From Utricularia gibba (Eukaryota; Plantae; Magnoliophyta), in assembly GCA_002189035.1 (NCBI GenBank), contig NEEC01000007.1:1736001-1800000 (forward strand): a stretch of DNA of 64,000 nt. The letters run 5' to 3'. Shown piece by piece: positions 48,804-61,587 of this stretch. Both the position numbers and the translations under genes were made by a program. The notes below the pieces were generated by a model, which did no database searches, was not told where the DNA came from, and was given only the letters and a program-made list of their open reading frames with translations. Position 1 is the stretch's first letter, and each line of letters starts with the position of its first letter.

Positions 48804-51212
48804 TCACCAGAAATCCCCACAACTGCATGCTCCATCTCTAAAATGGTGAAATCTGACTGTATCTCTGACACTGATATCCCTCTTAGTGATCAATGTGATA
48901 TACTTGAGAGCAGCATGGCAGTCGCCGCAGACCCGCAAGTTCTTAGTAACCAGAATGGCTCTCCCTGGTTCGAGGCTAAGAATTCCAAATGCAACCGCAA
49001 ACTTTTCACTGTGCTGAAGAAGAATCTTCTCCTTCTCCTCCTCCTCAACATCCTGGTAGACGAAATCCGATTCCGCTGCATAACCCAGCTTCTTCATTTC
49101 TGAAGCTAGTCTTTCAAGTTCAATGTAGATTTCAGATGATCGAGGATGAGACCAGTCTCCGCCCACAAATGCATGAACTACACGGTTTACTTCTATCCAG
49201 CTGCATCCTGGTTTCTTCTTGAAACCCAACTGCCTCTGTCGAGTTCTAACATTTGCAGCATCTTTCCATCTGTGAGCTGTAGTGTACAGGTTGAATAAGA
49301 GGACAAAGTTCCCGGTGCTGGCGGGTCCCAAGGCCTGGATTTTGAGAGAAACTTCCTCAGCCAGTTCGACATTTTTATGTATCCTACAAGCAGCTAGCAA
49401 GGCATTCCAGATGTGAGAATTTGGCTCAAATGGCATAGTGCTAATAAAATGGTGAGCCTCGGACAACAGACCAGCGCGCCCCAGGAGATCCACCATACAG
49501 AAATAATGATTTATTGTAGGGACAATGCTGAACTCTTCACTTAGGATACGAAAGAAATGCTTGCCTTGAGTGAGAAGTCCTGAATGGCTGCAAGCAGATA
49601 GCAGCGCGATGAATGTTACTTCATCTGGCTTGCAACCACAATCTTGCATGGACTCAAAAAGTGAAATCGCATCCCTTCCGAGGCCATTAATCCCAAAACC
49701 AGCTATCATGGTGTTCCATGAGACCACATCTTTCTTAGACATACTGCTAAAGACAAGCCAGGCAGAATGCGTGTTACCGCATTTACTATACATGTCAATT
49801 AGAGCATTACATATGGATACATCTGATGTGAACCCAAGAACTAAACAGTAGGCATGCCCACAGAGTCCATGTTGCAGTGCAGCTAAATAAGAGCAAGCGG
49901 GTAGGAAGCCCATCATGGTTGCCATTTCTGGTTTCAGGCCCTGAAGCTGCATGTTATGGAAGATCTTAAAGGCCTCTTCCGCACATCCATTCTGAATGCA
50001 GCCAGAAATGATGGCACTATATGAAACAGAGTCCACAAACTGCATTTTTTGTAGGAGACTCATGGCATCAGCTAATGAGCCACACTTTGCATACATTGAT
50101 AGTATTGTATTTGACATCATCAGATCTACATCAAGCCCCAACTTTGTTGAATAGCAATGTAGTTGCATTCCAGTATTCAAATTATTCAGCTTAGCAGAGC
50201 CTCTAATAAGAGTTTTAAGCACAACAGGAGAGGGACTCCCCACAACTGCCATCCTCATTTTGCAAAATAAATTAAAGCTTTCAACAATAGAACTACAAGA
50301 AACACAAACTTCAATCATATTGCTCCAAGTTACTTCGTTTTTCAAAGGAATTGCATCAAAAACATTCATCGAATAGATTAAGTTACCACATTTACCATAC
50401 ATATCTAGCAGGCTAGTGGCCAGCACACTATCTAAAAAAAAGTTCCTTAAGCAGAAGCCATGAATTGCCTTCCCATCCCGTAACCTACTTTCCAAGGAAA
50501 CAGCTTGGAGAAGAGCCACCATTGTTGATGAATTAACTTTTTCGCCACCTCGTCGCATTTCCATCACTAACTTAATTCCTTCTCCACACATTCCATGCAA
50601 TGCAAATCCTGAAATCATTGTATTCCATGATACAGTGTCTCTCTCGTGCATTGCATCAAATAACATTTTTGCTTCTATAAGACCACCACTCTTTGAATAG
50701 CAGTCTATCAATGCGGTGGACACAAAAGTATCACTCTCAAGATTGGACCTTTTTACACGGGCATGAATTTTCCGAGCGGTTTCAAGATCCTGCAAAGCAG
50801 AAGAAGCTTTCAGCACATAGGGGTATGTGTACTTCGTGGTCTGCGCCCCAATAACCACCATTTTGTTGTATAAACTAATTGCGCTCTCGAAGGGTCCATC
50901 CCATGCATAAGCTCTGATAATCTGATTCCACAATATAGACTTCGTTTTCCTTTCTTCAATCGGGATGAAATTCAAAACTCGTTCAGCTAGTTCTGGCTTC
51001 TTGCATGAGATGTATAGCCGAATGAGCTTGCCAACAACAGGTGACAAGGCTTTGAAATCAACCCCTTCAAGTTTGAGCAGCCGCTGATGAATCAAATTAC
51101 CCACATCGATCGATTTCGACCCAATACACTGATCCAGAATTTCCAAGTAGCGGGTGACGCATGATTCACAAAACCTGCAACGGACAGCCGCGTACAGTGA
51201 CAACAATTCCAA
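48804..51212 (-). CDS. PLS-class pentatricopeptide repeat protein with E/DYW domain (ends DFW); start codon unresolved
   Basis: 802-codon intronless frame of PLS repeats, PG box KKKPGCSWIEV, HSEK...CGDCH and terminal CSCGDFW. The ORF begins at TTG, and the nearest ATG (51162) is out of frame by one base. Confidence 0.92.
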   Translation of the reverse strand: MELLSLYAAVRCRFCESCVTRYLEILDQCIGSKSIDVGNLIHQRLLKLEGVDFKALSPVVGKLIRLYISCKKPELAERVLNFIPIEERKTKSILWNQIIRAYAWDGPFESAISLYNKMVVIGAQTTKYTYPYVLKASSALQDLETARKIHARVKRSNLESDTFVSTALIDCYSKSGGLIEAKMLFDAMHERDTVSWNTMISGFALHGMCGEGIKLVMEMRRGGEKVNSSTMVALLQAVSLESRLRDGKAIHGFCLRNFFLDSVLATSLLDMYGKCGNLIYSMNVFDAIPLKNEVTWSNMIEVCVSCSSIVESFNLFCKMRMAVVGSPSPVVLKTLIRGSAKLNNLNTGMQLHCYSTKLGLDVDLMMSNTILSMYAKCGSLADAMSLLQKMQFVDSVSYSAIISGCIQNGCAEEAFKIFHNMQLQGLKPEMATMMGFLPACSYLAALQHGLCGHAYCLVLGFTSDVSICNALIDMYSKCGNTHSAWLVFSSMSKKDVVSWNTMIAGFGINGLGRDAISLFESMQDCGCKPDEVTFIALLSACSHSGLLTQGKHFFRILSEEFSIVPTINHYFCMVDLLGRAGLLSEAHHFISTMPFEPNSHIWNALLAACRIHKNVELAEEVSLKIQALGPASTGNFVLLFNLYTTAHRWKDAANVRTRQRQLGFKKKPGCSWIEVNRVVHAFVGGDWSHPRSSEIYIELERLASEMKKLGYAAESDFVYQDVEEEEKEKILLQHSEKFAVAFGILSLEPGRAILVTKNLRVCGDCHAALKYITLITKRDISVRDTVRFHHFRDGACSCGDFW

Positions 51213-52476
51213 TTACACATTTCATATTTCCATTCATCTTTTCCGAAATAAAGAAAAAAAATGTTCTTTCAGTACTTTCGTCTTACACTTGGGCTGCGTA
51301 AACAAAATCGCATAACCTTGACAAATTCTGCTAGGATACTAACCGTGACATCGCATAACCTTGTCCCCGTTTCGGGGCAAGAAGCCCCACCAGTTACCAG
51401 ACACCCCCCTCAAGTTGCATTTTGGTTGATGTTTCTCCTCAGAACCTGTTAAACAATTGCTGTAAACCACAGCTTCGGGCACATAAACCATCATAAACAA
51501 ATTCAGGAATACTATATTGGCAAGGCATATGATTGACCCCTGGAAACAAAGAGCCTCCTCACTGGCCATAAGGCGGCAGGCGAGATTGGTGAAGAGCACC
51601 AGCCATTTTCCTTGATCCATGTACTTGCATACTTGTTTTAAATAGCGGCCCTGCCCTGGGGGTATTTCAATTTCAATTTTCAGATAGTCATTAACTAATC
51701 AGCATTATCTAGCTTCCGTCTCGTTAATTTTATTATCAAACATGAATAATTTATGCTTTAAAAAATTTGAAAATATTTATTATTATTAACAAATTATAAA
51801 AATATATTTTTTATTTTTTAAAATAATTTCTTGAATATCACACTCATTAAGATCATTTAAAATTGTATTTTTGTCTCCAACATCAAAAAAAATTGCATCC
51901 ATATTAAAACATTAATTTTAATGTATTTAATTTGATTTTGCATCATTTTTTAAAAACATTAATACTAACAACTAGTAGTACGCGGTTGCGTTTGGGAATT
52001 GGGAAGAGAATGAAGAAAGAGCGACATACAATTCCGGCCCCCGGTCAACAGTTGACAAATTAAACCCATATTCAAACAAATACTTCACATACAAATCGGC
52101 GATTCATCTTGTTTTTTTTTTTAAAAAAAAATAAATTTTAAAAAAATTATTTTTTTCTTTACATTTTGAAGTTTAATTAGTACCGAAGACACGCTGGATT
52201 TAATTTCCTAATAAAAAATATACTTATCAAGAAAAAAGAAGAAAATTCAACTGTGCGCATTGACTTGTCAATTACCGCGTAGGACGTGGCTTGGTTTCAC
52301 TTTTCAGCCCGTTGAAAGGAAGAAGGAATGCTTGAAAAGGCTCCCATCTATTTTTGATTCCGCTTTCTTGTTTTTTGTTTTTCCCAGCAAAAGACTGTTT
52401 CTTCATCAATCTTCACAACCCCATTTGCCATTCATACCGGAGCTCTGAGATTTCCTGCCTTTTTTCCCCGTCTCTC

Positions 52477-53982
52477 ATGGTGTCTAGATTCCCTGTTCTT
52501 CTTTTTCTTCTGGTGTACTTGTTTTCCTCCTCTGTCTCTGGACGCCAGCTTCGTCTAGATTCCAATGACACCCTCGCTGCTGATGTGTCTGCTGTATCTT
52601 CTCCGGATTGCACCTTTTCAAGGGAGGAAACTGAACAACAACGGCAGCCCACTTTTGTCCTGAATGTAAAACACCACGGGAGAAAAACCGATCCTGTAGC
52701 CCATGTAGCTGATTCCAAGGTAAAAGATTTATCACGACTTAAGAATCTTAATTCAAGAATCGCTGCTGCTGCTGCTGCTTCTGGGAATACGGTTTCTGGG
52801 GTTGAGAAATTTCCGGCTGCTTCTGGTGATCTTCATGAGCTGATGATGGCTACTTTGGAATCAGGTGTGAGTGTCGGATCAGGTGAGTATCTGATGGATG
52901 TGTTCATCGGGACACCTCCGAAGCATTTCTCCATGATCGTCGACACCGGAAGCGATCTGAATTGGATTCAATGCGTCCCCTGTGACGACTGTTTTGAGCA
53001 GACAGGGCCTTATTACGATCCACATGAGTCGTCTTCGTTTAGACAGATTAGTTGCAGGGATGAGCGTTGCCCCCTTGTGAACTCCCCTCCTAACTCCCAA
53101 ACCTGTGTGTCTGAAAATCAGAGCTGCCCTTATTATTACTGGTATGGGGACAGTTCGAACACGACAGGGGAGCTCGCCCTAGAAACCTTCACGGTTAATC
53201 TCACTACTGGTGCAAACGGGGAAGCCCATTTCAGGAAAGTGGAGAATGTGATTTTCGGCTGCGGACATCGGAACAGAGGGCTGTTTCATGGCGCTGCTGG
53301 GTTGCTAGGACTCGGCCGAGGGCCGCTGTCGTTCTCCTCCCAGCTCCGGTCCTTGTTCGGACACTCGTTCTCGTACTGTCTAGTGGATAGAAACAGCAAC
53401 AGCAGCGTCAGCAGCAAGCTGATCTTCGGACAGGAAATACACAGCAGTAGCACCAATCGAGACTTCAACTTCACAGCTCTGCTGTCTAGTAAGCAGGACG
53501 CTGTCGACACCTTCTATTATGTCCATATAAAGTCTGTGATCGTTGGAGGCGAGACACTCAACATACCGGAGGAGACATGGGACTCTGGCGGAACGATCAT
53601 CGATTCCGGCACGACACTCAGCTACTTCGCCGATCCAGCGTACACCATCATCAAGGAAGCATTCACGAGCAAGATGAAGAGATTGTACCCAGTAGTCGAG
53701 GATTTCCCTATTCTCGAATCGTGCTACAACGTTTCGGGGGTCCGGGAACCAAAGATTCCGGCCTTCGGAATCCGATTCTCCGATGGGGCGGAGTGGAATT
53801 TCCCTACAGAAAATTTCGTCATCAAGGTGGAACCAGAGGATGTGATCTGCTTGGCGATGCTGGGAGCTCCTCGGTCAGGGTTGTCCATCATTGGGAACTA
53901 TCAGCAGCAGAATTTCCATATAGTATATGATGTCAGCAATTCTAGGCTTGGGTTTAAACCAACCAAGTGCTCTGAACTGTAG
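52477..53982 (+). CDS. A1-family (nepenthesin-like/APF2-like) secreted aspartic protease, intronless
   Basis: Signal peptide, GSGEYLMDVFIGTPP, catalytic DTGS and DSGT, Cys-rich nepenthesin-type insert, SIIGNYQQQNFHIVYD. Confidence 0.95.
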   Translation: MVSRFPVLLFLLVYLFSSSVSGRQLRLDSNDTLAADVSAVSSPDCTFSREETEQQRQPTFVLNVKHHGRKTDPVAHVADSKVKDLSRLKNLNSRIAAAAAASGNTVSGVEKFPAASGDLHELMMATLESGVSVGSGEYLMDVFIGTPPKHFSMIVDTGSDLNWIQCVPCDDCFEQTGPYYDPHESSSFRQISCRDERCPLVNSPPNSQTCVSENQSCPYYYWYGDSSNTTGELALETFTVNLTTGANGEAHFRKVENVIFGCGHRNRGLFHGAAGLLGLGRGPLSFSSQLRSLFGHSFSYCLVDRNSNSSVSSKLIFGQEIHSSSTNRDFNFTALLSSKQDAVDTFYYVHIKSVIVGGETLNIPEETWDSGGTIIDSGTTLSYFADPAYTIIKEAFTSKMKRLYPVVEDFPILESCYNVSGVREPKIPAFGIRFSDGAEWNFPTENFVIKVEPEDVICLAMLGAPRSGLSIIGNYQQQNFHIVYDVSNSRLGFKPTKCSEL

Positions 53983-54316
53983 AAACAACTTCTCCGATGC
54001 ACAGAGGGAGAGCCTGAGAACAGAGGGCTCCAGATGGTGAACTCTGTGTGGATCAAACATCATTCTTGTTCTAAACAGAAACACGAGAAAAACAAACAAT
54101 TTGTTAATGGGCCGGGCCACTCCCATCTTCTTACATATCCGTTAAATGAAGTTTTATTTTGGGCTTGGCCCAATTTCATACATAATCTCTTCAGGACCGG
54201 GCAGGACCTGCCTTTAAAAATTCAAACACACAAATGTTGATGGATATTATGAAATTAATGGCTTTTTTTAATATAAATTTAACATCCAAATATTTTGGGA
54301 ATATGAATGTGGTTGC

Positions 54317-54441
54317 CAATGAGGGATGCAGGATTTTATCGAGCGGGGAACGAGAATCGTTCCGACCCCCGAAAAAATGAATAAAATTTAAAAATAAATT
54401 AACCTATCAATTTTTTTCTGGAAACCCTTGGGTCCGCCCCT
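54317..54441. mobile_element. Putative 125-bp MITE with 9-bp target-site duplication
   Basis: TGTGGTTGC flanks both sides (54308-54316, 54442-54450). Right end GGGTCCGCCCCT; degenerate left end ...GGGATGCAGGATTT. Confidence 0.55.
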
Positions 54442-55351
54442 TGTGGTTGCAGTTCGTACTAGTTTGATGAAAACAACAGTAAACCCATGATGTGAAGTGG
54501 CTGCTTCGTGGGGTCCACTTCACGACAATCGCTGTCGTTTCCGCACGTTTTATTTTTATTCACGCACGATATGACACAAATAGGGTTCTATGTATTACAA
54601 AATTGTCCATTATCTTTTGATTATGTGATTAATATTGGCTACCGTATCTGAAAAAATAGACGTAATGTATTAGATGAAAAAGTTCGATAATCACTTTTCT
54701 AAATAATACTCTTGTTCATGCAATTTTATGCCGTTTTTTTTATTTCTCACTATAAGCCATATTTATGTTTTCTGTTTTTAAAATTTTTGATGATAATAGT
54801 TTCATTTAGTCAGTCAAAGTCGGGATTGGCTGCCAAGAATTCGGGTGATTCCAACGACGCCGTGTGATCTTGAGCCAACATTTGATTGGCTAAATGAACA
54901 AGAAAAAAACTTAAAATTAGAATTACTAAAATAAATCAGAAATTTAAAATAAAATGATCAAATATATAAAAGATTGTATATTATTTATAATTGATCGGAT
55001 CTAAATTTTTTAGTATGATTCACGCTTATTATATATTTGAAATTCATATATATTCTTTAATTTCAATATAGTAGTACTAGTATGATTCATTAGACCCTTA
55101 ATTTCAACAAAAATAAGAAAACGAGCCACCATGAGCACTAGATTTCGGGAAGGCGCACATGTAGATTGTTGTGTTATTACAACATGTGACTGATTCAAGG
55201 GAAAGTTTGAGTTCTTGAGGATGAGATAATGGCAGTGGCATGGAGGAGCATGATCGATCCACTGTGCTGTGCCAAATTTGACTGACTTTTCTTTGATTTC
55301 CCTCTATAAAAAGAGGAGGAGGAGGGGCCTCTGGAGCAAGCAGAGAAGGGG

Positions 55352-55957
55352 ATGATGCCGATGGAACGTGGTGCGGTCGCCCTCCTCGTCCTCTGCGGTC
55401 TCATCTCAGTGGCCTCCTGCGTCCCCGGGACTGCCACCTACTACACCACTTATGTCCGTGAGTCCTCCCTCTGCCGCCCCCCGGCCCTTCCTCCATCCAT
55501 GCATTTCTTTAACCTATCCTTCCTATGATCTTGGTTAACGATATGTTCCCTGAAATGCATGTATAAAGAATGATATTATTTTAAATATATAGTTATTTTA
55601 TGGTTGTATTTTACTACTTTTATTATTAATAGAAGAAAAGGATGGGTAACTAACTATTTGTTTGCGTCTATTTTTGAAGCATCTTCATGCTACGGGTACG
55701 AGAACAGAGGAACATTGATCGCGGCGGCAAACCCTGGTCTGTTCAACAACAGAGCTGCCTGTGGGAGGACGTACAGGATTCGATGCACCGGAGGAACCAA
55801 CGCAACTCCTCAGCCTTGCCGGAATGGAGCAGTCACCGTCACCATCGTCGATCTGTGCCCCGGGTGCGGCTCTGATCAGCTAGATCTTTCCCGTGAGGCC
55901 TTCTCCGCCATCAGCAACACCGACGCCGGCAGGATCCGAATCGACTACACCCCGTAA
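55352..55957 (+). CDS. EG45-like / plant natriuretic peptide-like DPBB protein, 2 exons (55352-55457, 55680-55957)
   Basis: Signal peptide, GTATYYTTYVPSSCYG, ACGRTYRIRCTGGTN, VTIVDLCPGC, LDLSREAFSAI. TATAAAA near 55305. Confidence 0.92.
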
Positions 55958-56637
55958 GCACACACACCTTTTGAGTTTTCTTTCTTTTCAAGCAGGCCCA
56001 AGATGCGGCGGCGCTGATGATATCTTGGTGATGTGTAGGGCTTGAGCTGCGGATATGCAGGAAGCCATCGTCGTCTGTCTCATTACAACAATAAACCGTG
56101 GCGGAGGAAGTTTGCAATAAAGCGTCTGCCGCACGTGCGCGTGTGTCAGTACCATGATACAGTATTATAATAATACGGATTTCCAATTATCATTAACTAT
56201 ATCATTCATTATAAATATATTACAAAAAATAATATTAAAAAAGTTAACAAACAAGGTAAGAATCCCAAACAACATGTTTTGAATTTAACTTACTATTTGT
56301 AAAAATTATTTAAAAAATAAAAGTGAAATGACAGTAGTACCCCTAAACACATTTTAATGCATTGATTGGCACAGTCAAACTTCCATAGAAATTAGAGGCT
56401 TGGGGTGGCGGCTGTGCGCAGTGTGCGTAATTTCATGGCAAAGTAAACATGTGATATGTGGCTCTCGTTCATGCAGCTTCTTTTCTCACCTTATCTCTTC
56501 AATGGCAAGAAACAAATCATTTGATTGTGAGGTCTGAAGAAAGATACAGGAAGCAGCAATGGTGCAAAATTCTAACTTGGCAGCAGGGATTTTTGGTACC
56601 TGCTAAAGAATCAACAGACTAATGTGCAGTAGCTGAA

Positions 56638-59600
56638 TCATATCTTCTGCTCAATGTCATCTAAGGTTTTCACCCTCAGCATGGAGATGATGAGCATGCC
56701 AAGAAAGACACCTGCACCCCCATTGCCATGAAAACATCTTGTAAGGGCATTTGTTGTTAACATTTACAGGTATCTTGTAGGGAAAACCAGGAGTTTAAAG
56801 CTTCATGGATTTTTCTTAACAAGGGTACTTGTGTAATGTGTGAAATGTTGAATACTCACCACCCCTGCCAAAGCGATCCTTGAAACTATGACATGAGTGC
56901 CTTGGCTGCTCAAACTCACAGCGATGTTAAACAGGGTGCTCCCCACAACTGAGTACAGGGTTGCCATCTGCAATATTGTCGCCTTTTGGGCAGCTCTCTC
57001 TGACTGGCAATGCAACATAAGACCCTTCAATCATACTACAATAAACTGATCTGTGTGCTCAAGGATGCAGTCCTTACGTAGTATTTCACTTGCAGATATA
57101 AGAATTTTTTTTTAAAAAGAGAAAGTAAGCTGGCTAGGCAGACTGATGCTTATATCTACCTCTAGTACACGGACTCGTAGCTTTAGATCTCCACTTTCAA
57201 GCTGACTCACTACTTCTTCAATCTTTTTGATCCGTGAAGGCACTGAGATTGTGGAAAGCCTTGCCTGATGCAGGTAAATAAAGTTACTGCTTCTGTGCAT
57301 AATTAAAAACACAACAGGGATGCAATAGAGATGGTTGTACATCGTCAGCCTGCTTTGTTAGTTCTTGAACAACCTGGGTTCCAGTTTGCTGCTGCTGCAC
57401 TTGGCAAAATAGCTCCTGCTATGGCAGTGGATTCATGTAATGAAACTGATTTCAGTATAGAATAACGCAGAAAAATGCAGAACAGAACCTTCACATATGG
57501 TGATGCAATCTCTGCGAAGGAAAAATTAGGATTCAGACTGTATCCAACGCCTGAAACAATGAAAAATGTTCAGTGTCCTCTTCTGCATATGTAGTAAGGA
57601 AATACATAGGAAGCATCACCTTCTAGTGTTGAAAAAGCTTTGAATAGAAATACCATATTGGCAGGAAAACGGAACGGCTGATCAGCTGCAATTGCTAATA
57701 AATCCTGAAACAGAATTCTCACACGCTTGTTTTGAACTTGAAAGCAACAGAACTTAATCTGTATAGTCTATAAACCAAGACAGGGGTGGAGGCAGTTAAA
57801 TGAAATACTTATCAGCGGTCAGTCCTCTTAATACCTCACCAATTGCTGATATTGTTTGCTGCTGATCCGGCTTTTCATTTCGCAAACTATTTAAATAAAA
57901 CTGCATTAACTTCCTCACCTAAAACCAGAAAAAGACGGTAAATTCAGAAGAGGTGTGACAGCAGTCATAAAATAAAATTATAGTGAGCACTGTTCATACT
58001 GATAGCAAGTCCCCAGTGGGTTGAAGTACTCCAAGATCCACCATAAGATTGATCACCTGAACGGATTCTGACTTTAGGTTCGCTTTGTTGAGCATATGGA
58101 AACAATATGACTGTCATGCAGTGTTTGATAAGGCAAGGAATGCGTGCATTTCAACCTTTTTTACATCCTTCTCATAAGCAGAATTAAAAAGTTCCAGTAG
58201 CTTTTCCTTTGTAAAATTCTTGAGTTCTCCCATCATGCCGAAGTCATAAAATATCAGAGATTCATCCACATCGATAGCAAGATTTCCAGGATGAGGATCA
58301 GCATGAAAAAATCCATTCTTAAGAATCTGAGGCAACAAGAAGATCAAAAACTGTCATCATTAATCAGTCTAACAGAATGAAAAGAAACAAGACGTCAATG
58401 GTCAAAAGGGTCACCTGGATCAAGTAAGCTTCAATAGCACGTGATGAAATAGTAGCACGATTATAACCCTCTGCATCTATCATATGTATCTGGTTTATCT
58501 TGATGCCTGATTGCAATCAGAACCATCTTGGTCATGTTCCCTTCATGGGGATAATGTCTCAAAAAAAGAGATCCACGTTCAACAAGAAGAGGTGCAAAGT
58601 GAATACCAGGAACATACTCTGATGTCAGCACGTTTGTTGATGTGTAATCCCAGTATACCATCTAGGATGAGCAAATATATCCTTATAAACCAAATTTTAA
58701 CAGAATAAAGATAACTGCTGATGCAAGGGGGAGAATCTTTTTCTAAAGGAAACTTACAGGTACTCGAACCCACTTTACATTTCGAAAGTCTCGACGAAAT
58801 CTGTCAGCATTTCTTCCCTCATTCACATAATCAATTTCTTGATACAAGATCCTAGAAATGCATGAAAAAAAGAATGTGACATCAGATCTGGATCACCCGC
58901 ATTGCACTTGTAAGACATATAGCTAGCTTTTTCAAACAAAAATAGTTATCCATTTGTATAAATTACTTTTCACATTCTTCATATATTCCAAGCCAATCCC
59001 TGGTTGCTCCGAGTGAAGTCTCTCTCTTCTGAAAGTATTCAGCAATCTTCTTTAGGTTTTCTACATGAAGATGATAATGTAGATAAAAAAATGAAAAAAA
59101 AATCATGATTACGAAAACAATAACAAGTGATGAATGTGAATATAACTCACCGAAGTCAATGTCAAAAAGCTTCCGCAGGCCTGGTCGTTGGACCTTCACA
59201 ACTACCTTTTGTCCAGTGTGCAGGACAGCTCGATGTACCTAGAACAATTCAAAATAAATAACATAAAAGTATATCAAAGAAGCAAAACCTTCCAACTTTG
59301 GAACACCTGACCAAGACTGGCAGCAGCAATTGGAAAGTCTTCAAATTCCTTGAACAACAGATGTACAGGGGCACCCAATTCCTTTTCAATGAAACCTTTG
59401 GCCTTGATAGGTGCAAATGCAGGTGTTTGATCCTAAATAGTGTGCCAGTTACAAAAATACGTGTTAAAATCCTGATTCTTCATCAATGATGATGTAGTCA
59501 GTGAATAAGGCTTGCAGGATACCTGCAACTTCGAAAGCTCCTCCACAATTTCTTTGGGAAATAGATCTGATCTAGTTGAAAGCACCTGACCCAGCTTCAT

Positions 59601-60325
59601 AAATGTCGGTCCAAGTTGCAGAATGCGTTCCCTTATCCATATAGCTGTTTTCCTCCTTCTCTTTTCCTACATAATATATGGATTATATGCAAAAAGTTCA
59701 GGTACAAGTTTTCTAACAGAAAAAGGGGGAAGAGGCTCCTTCAGATTCTAAATAAGCTCACCCGTTTCTCATTGGTGAATCCTCCAATGTATGTCAGCTT
59801 TGCACCATCCAACAGCACAGATACACCAAGCAAAAGAACGAAGGTCCATACTTCTATACTTCTCTGGAATGAGTTGTACCCTTCACTTGACCAACTGAAA
59901 CCTTCACTTACATGCAAAACTTTTCCACCCTCAATCGGTAAGAGCTCTTTAGCCCTCGAGTCTTGCGACGCTGGTAGAGTTGTACTCCTCTTTACTGGGA
60001 TACTTCCGTTAGCTGCTATTTCCAAGTTATCATTCTCGTAGGATATATTTACATCCTTTTTTCCCCTTTCCAAATATGAGATGCGTCTGCCGACCTCAGA
60101 AATAGGAATTATTTTATTAGCATGATCACTTGTACCAAATTTGGTAGGCAGTTCAGCCTTCTGCATTTTAGAGTAGAGCCTCCAGCATTCTCTTCTAACA
60201 CTTGGAGCAACTCTGTTAACTTTCACATTCTTCGAATTCAAAAGTGAAAGATTTACTTTGATTTTCTGATGACTTAGTAGCTTATCATTAGATAAACATG
60301 AATGTGAAGCCAACGTTGATGCCAT
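56638..60325 (-). CDS. ABC1K7: Chloroplast ABC1 atypical kinase (ABC1K7/SIA1-like), about 17 exons
   Basis: LQLGPTFMKLGQ, IAAASLGQVHRA, VVKVQRPGL, ILYQEIDYVNEGRNADRF, FFHADPHPGN, YDFGMMG, DQPFRFP. The last junction (about 56720-56860) is ambiguous. Confidence 0.88.
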
Positions 60326-61587
60326 ACAAGAGATATGATCTGAAGAATAACTCTTAAAAGGAAATAATAGAAATGTGACCGGCTCAATCAGGTATTAAGG
60401 AACAAGGTAGTGGCAGGAACAGCAAAATCAATATTTTCAGTGGCTCATCTGTCCAATCATGTGCAATACTGTCATCTGCGGAGGAGCATCATAATTAATG
60501 CGGACAATGAATAGATTAAGTAAACAAAACAACAAGAACCATGTTCAACAGCAATCCGACTTTCTTACTTCCTGTGATAAAGCTTCTACTAATCCTGGCA
60601 TAGTTCCTACACTCGAAAACCCACGAAAACTAACCTTTCAGCGAGCAATGAAGGGAGGAAGACAGAGCATGATACCACTCTACAGAACTCAGGTTCCTTT
60701 TGAAACTGTACATGACATAAAAAAAAGTCGTTTTTGCGGGCATACAAGAAGAAAGCTTTACTTAATATTTACCCAATCAAGGCAAAGCAGGTGCACATGG
60801 GTAGCACTGAATCCAAGTTTTTTAGCTGAATCGAAGGATGATGAAACTTCCACGTCTCCATAACGAGAATCGCTTCCTCAGCTCGGTCCCCGTTGTTGCC
60901 CTCGTCGCACAGAAAGTAGTTAGGTTCACAAGTTAGAAATCCCCCGGGAGAAGCTCTTCTCTTTCAGAACAAAATTTAAAATGAAAAGCATTCGAAAATG
61001 TGTCCAGGTGAGAAGGTTGACCATGAATAGAAAAATAGCCAACAAAATAACGACTTCAGATTCTGCTGACGATAACTGAAATACCTTCCGCTGGGGATCC
61101 TGATGGTAATATCAGCGACATTGGCTGTCCGTTCCTGATGGTGCAAGAAAGCCACGATGGGTTGATCAAGTTATGAAACAGAAACCTGTCGGCGCATTTT
61201 CTCCGACAACACGGCGGCGTTAGACGTCAAACCCCGGCTGAAAAGAACGAATGTTGCTGTCGCCACCTTTTTGTTTTCACGGAAGGTTTCATTATATAAA
61301 TAAATAATTAATCAATTTCTTGGCACCTTTTTCGTTATTAATTTATTTTTTTAAAAAAATACTCATAAATACATATTTCTACATTTTAAAACCTTGATCC
61401 TATTCCTACCAGAACTACAAAACTCCCTGCGTTGCAGTGCTGAGAGAAATACAGAAAAAAGGGCAACAGCACGCTGTCTGTGTATGTAAAAATACAGTTC
61501 AAGTCGAACACAACATATAATAGTTAGTATATGCACTATCTATCTCATCTTCCCAACTAGTTGTCTCCACCGCAGTGCAACTCCAAG

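Noticed and set aside
56720-56860. Possible extra frameshift at the last ABC1K7 junction
   Set aside because: An in-phase alternative acceptor (TTACAAG|ATG) exists, so the lesion cannot be supported without transcripts.
59434-59522. ABC1K7 intron donor GTATCCTG as a U12 intron
   Set aside because: The donor departs from the consensus after position 7 and there is no CCTTRAC branch near the acceptor; probably U2.
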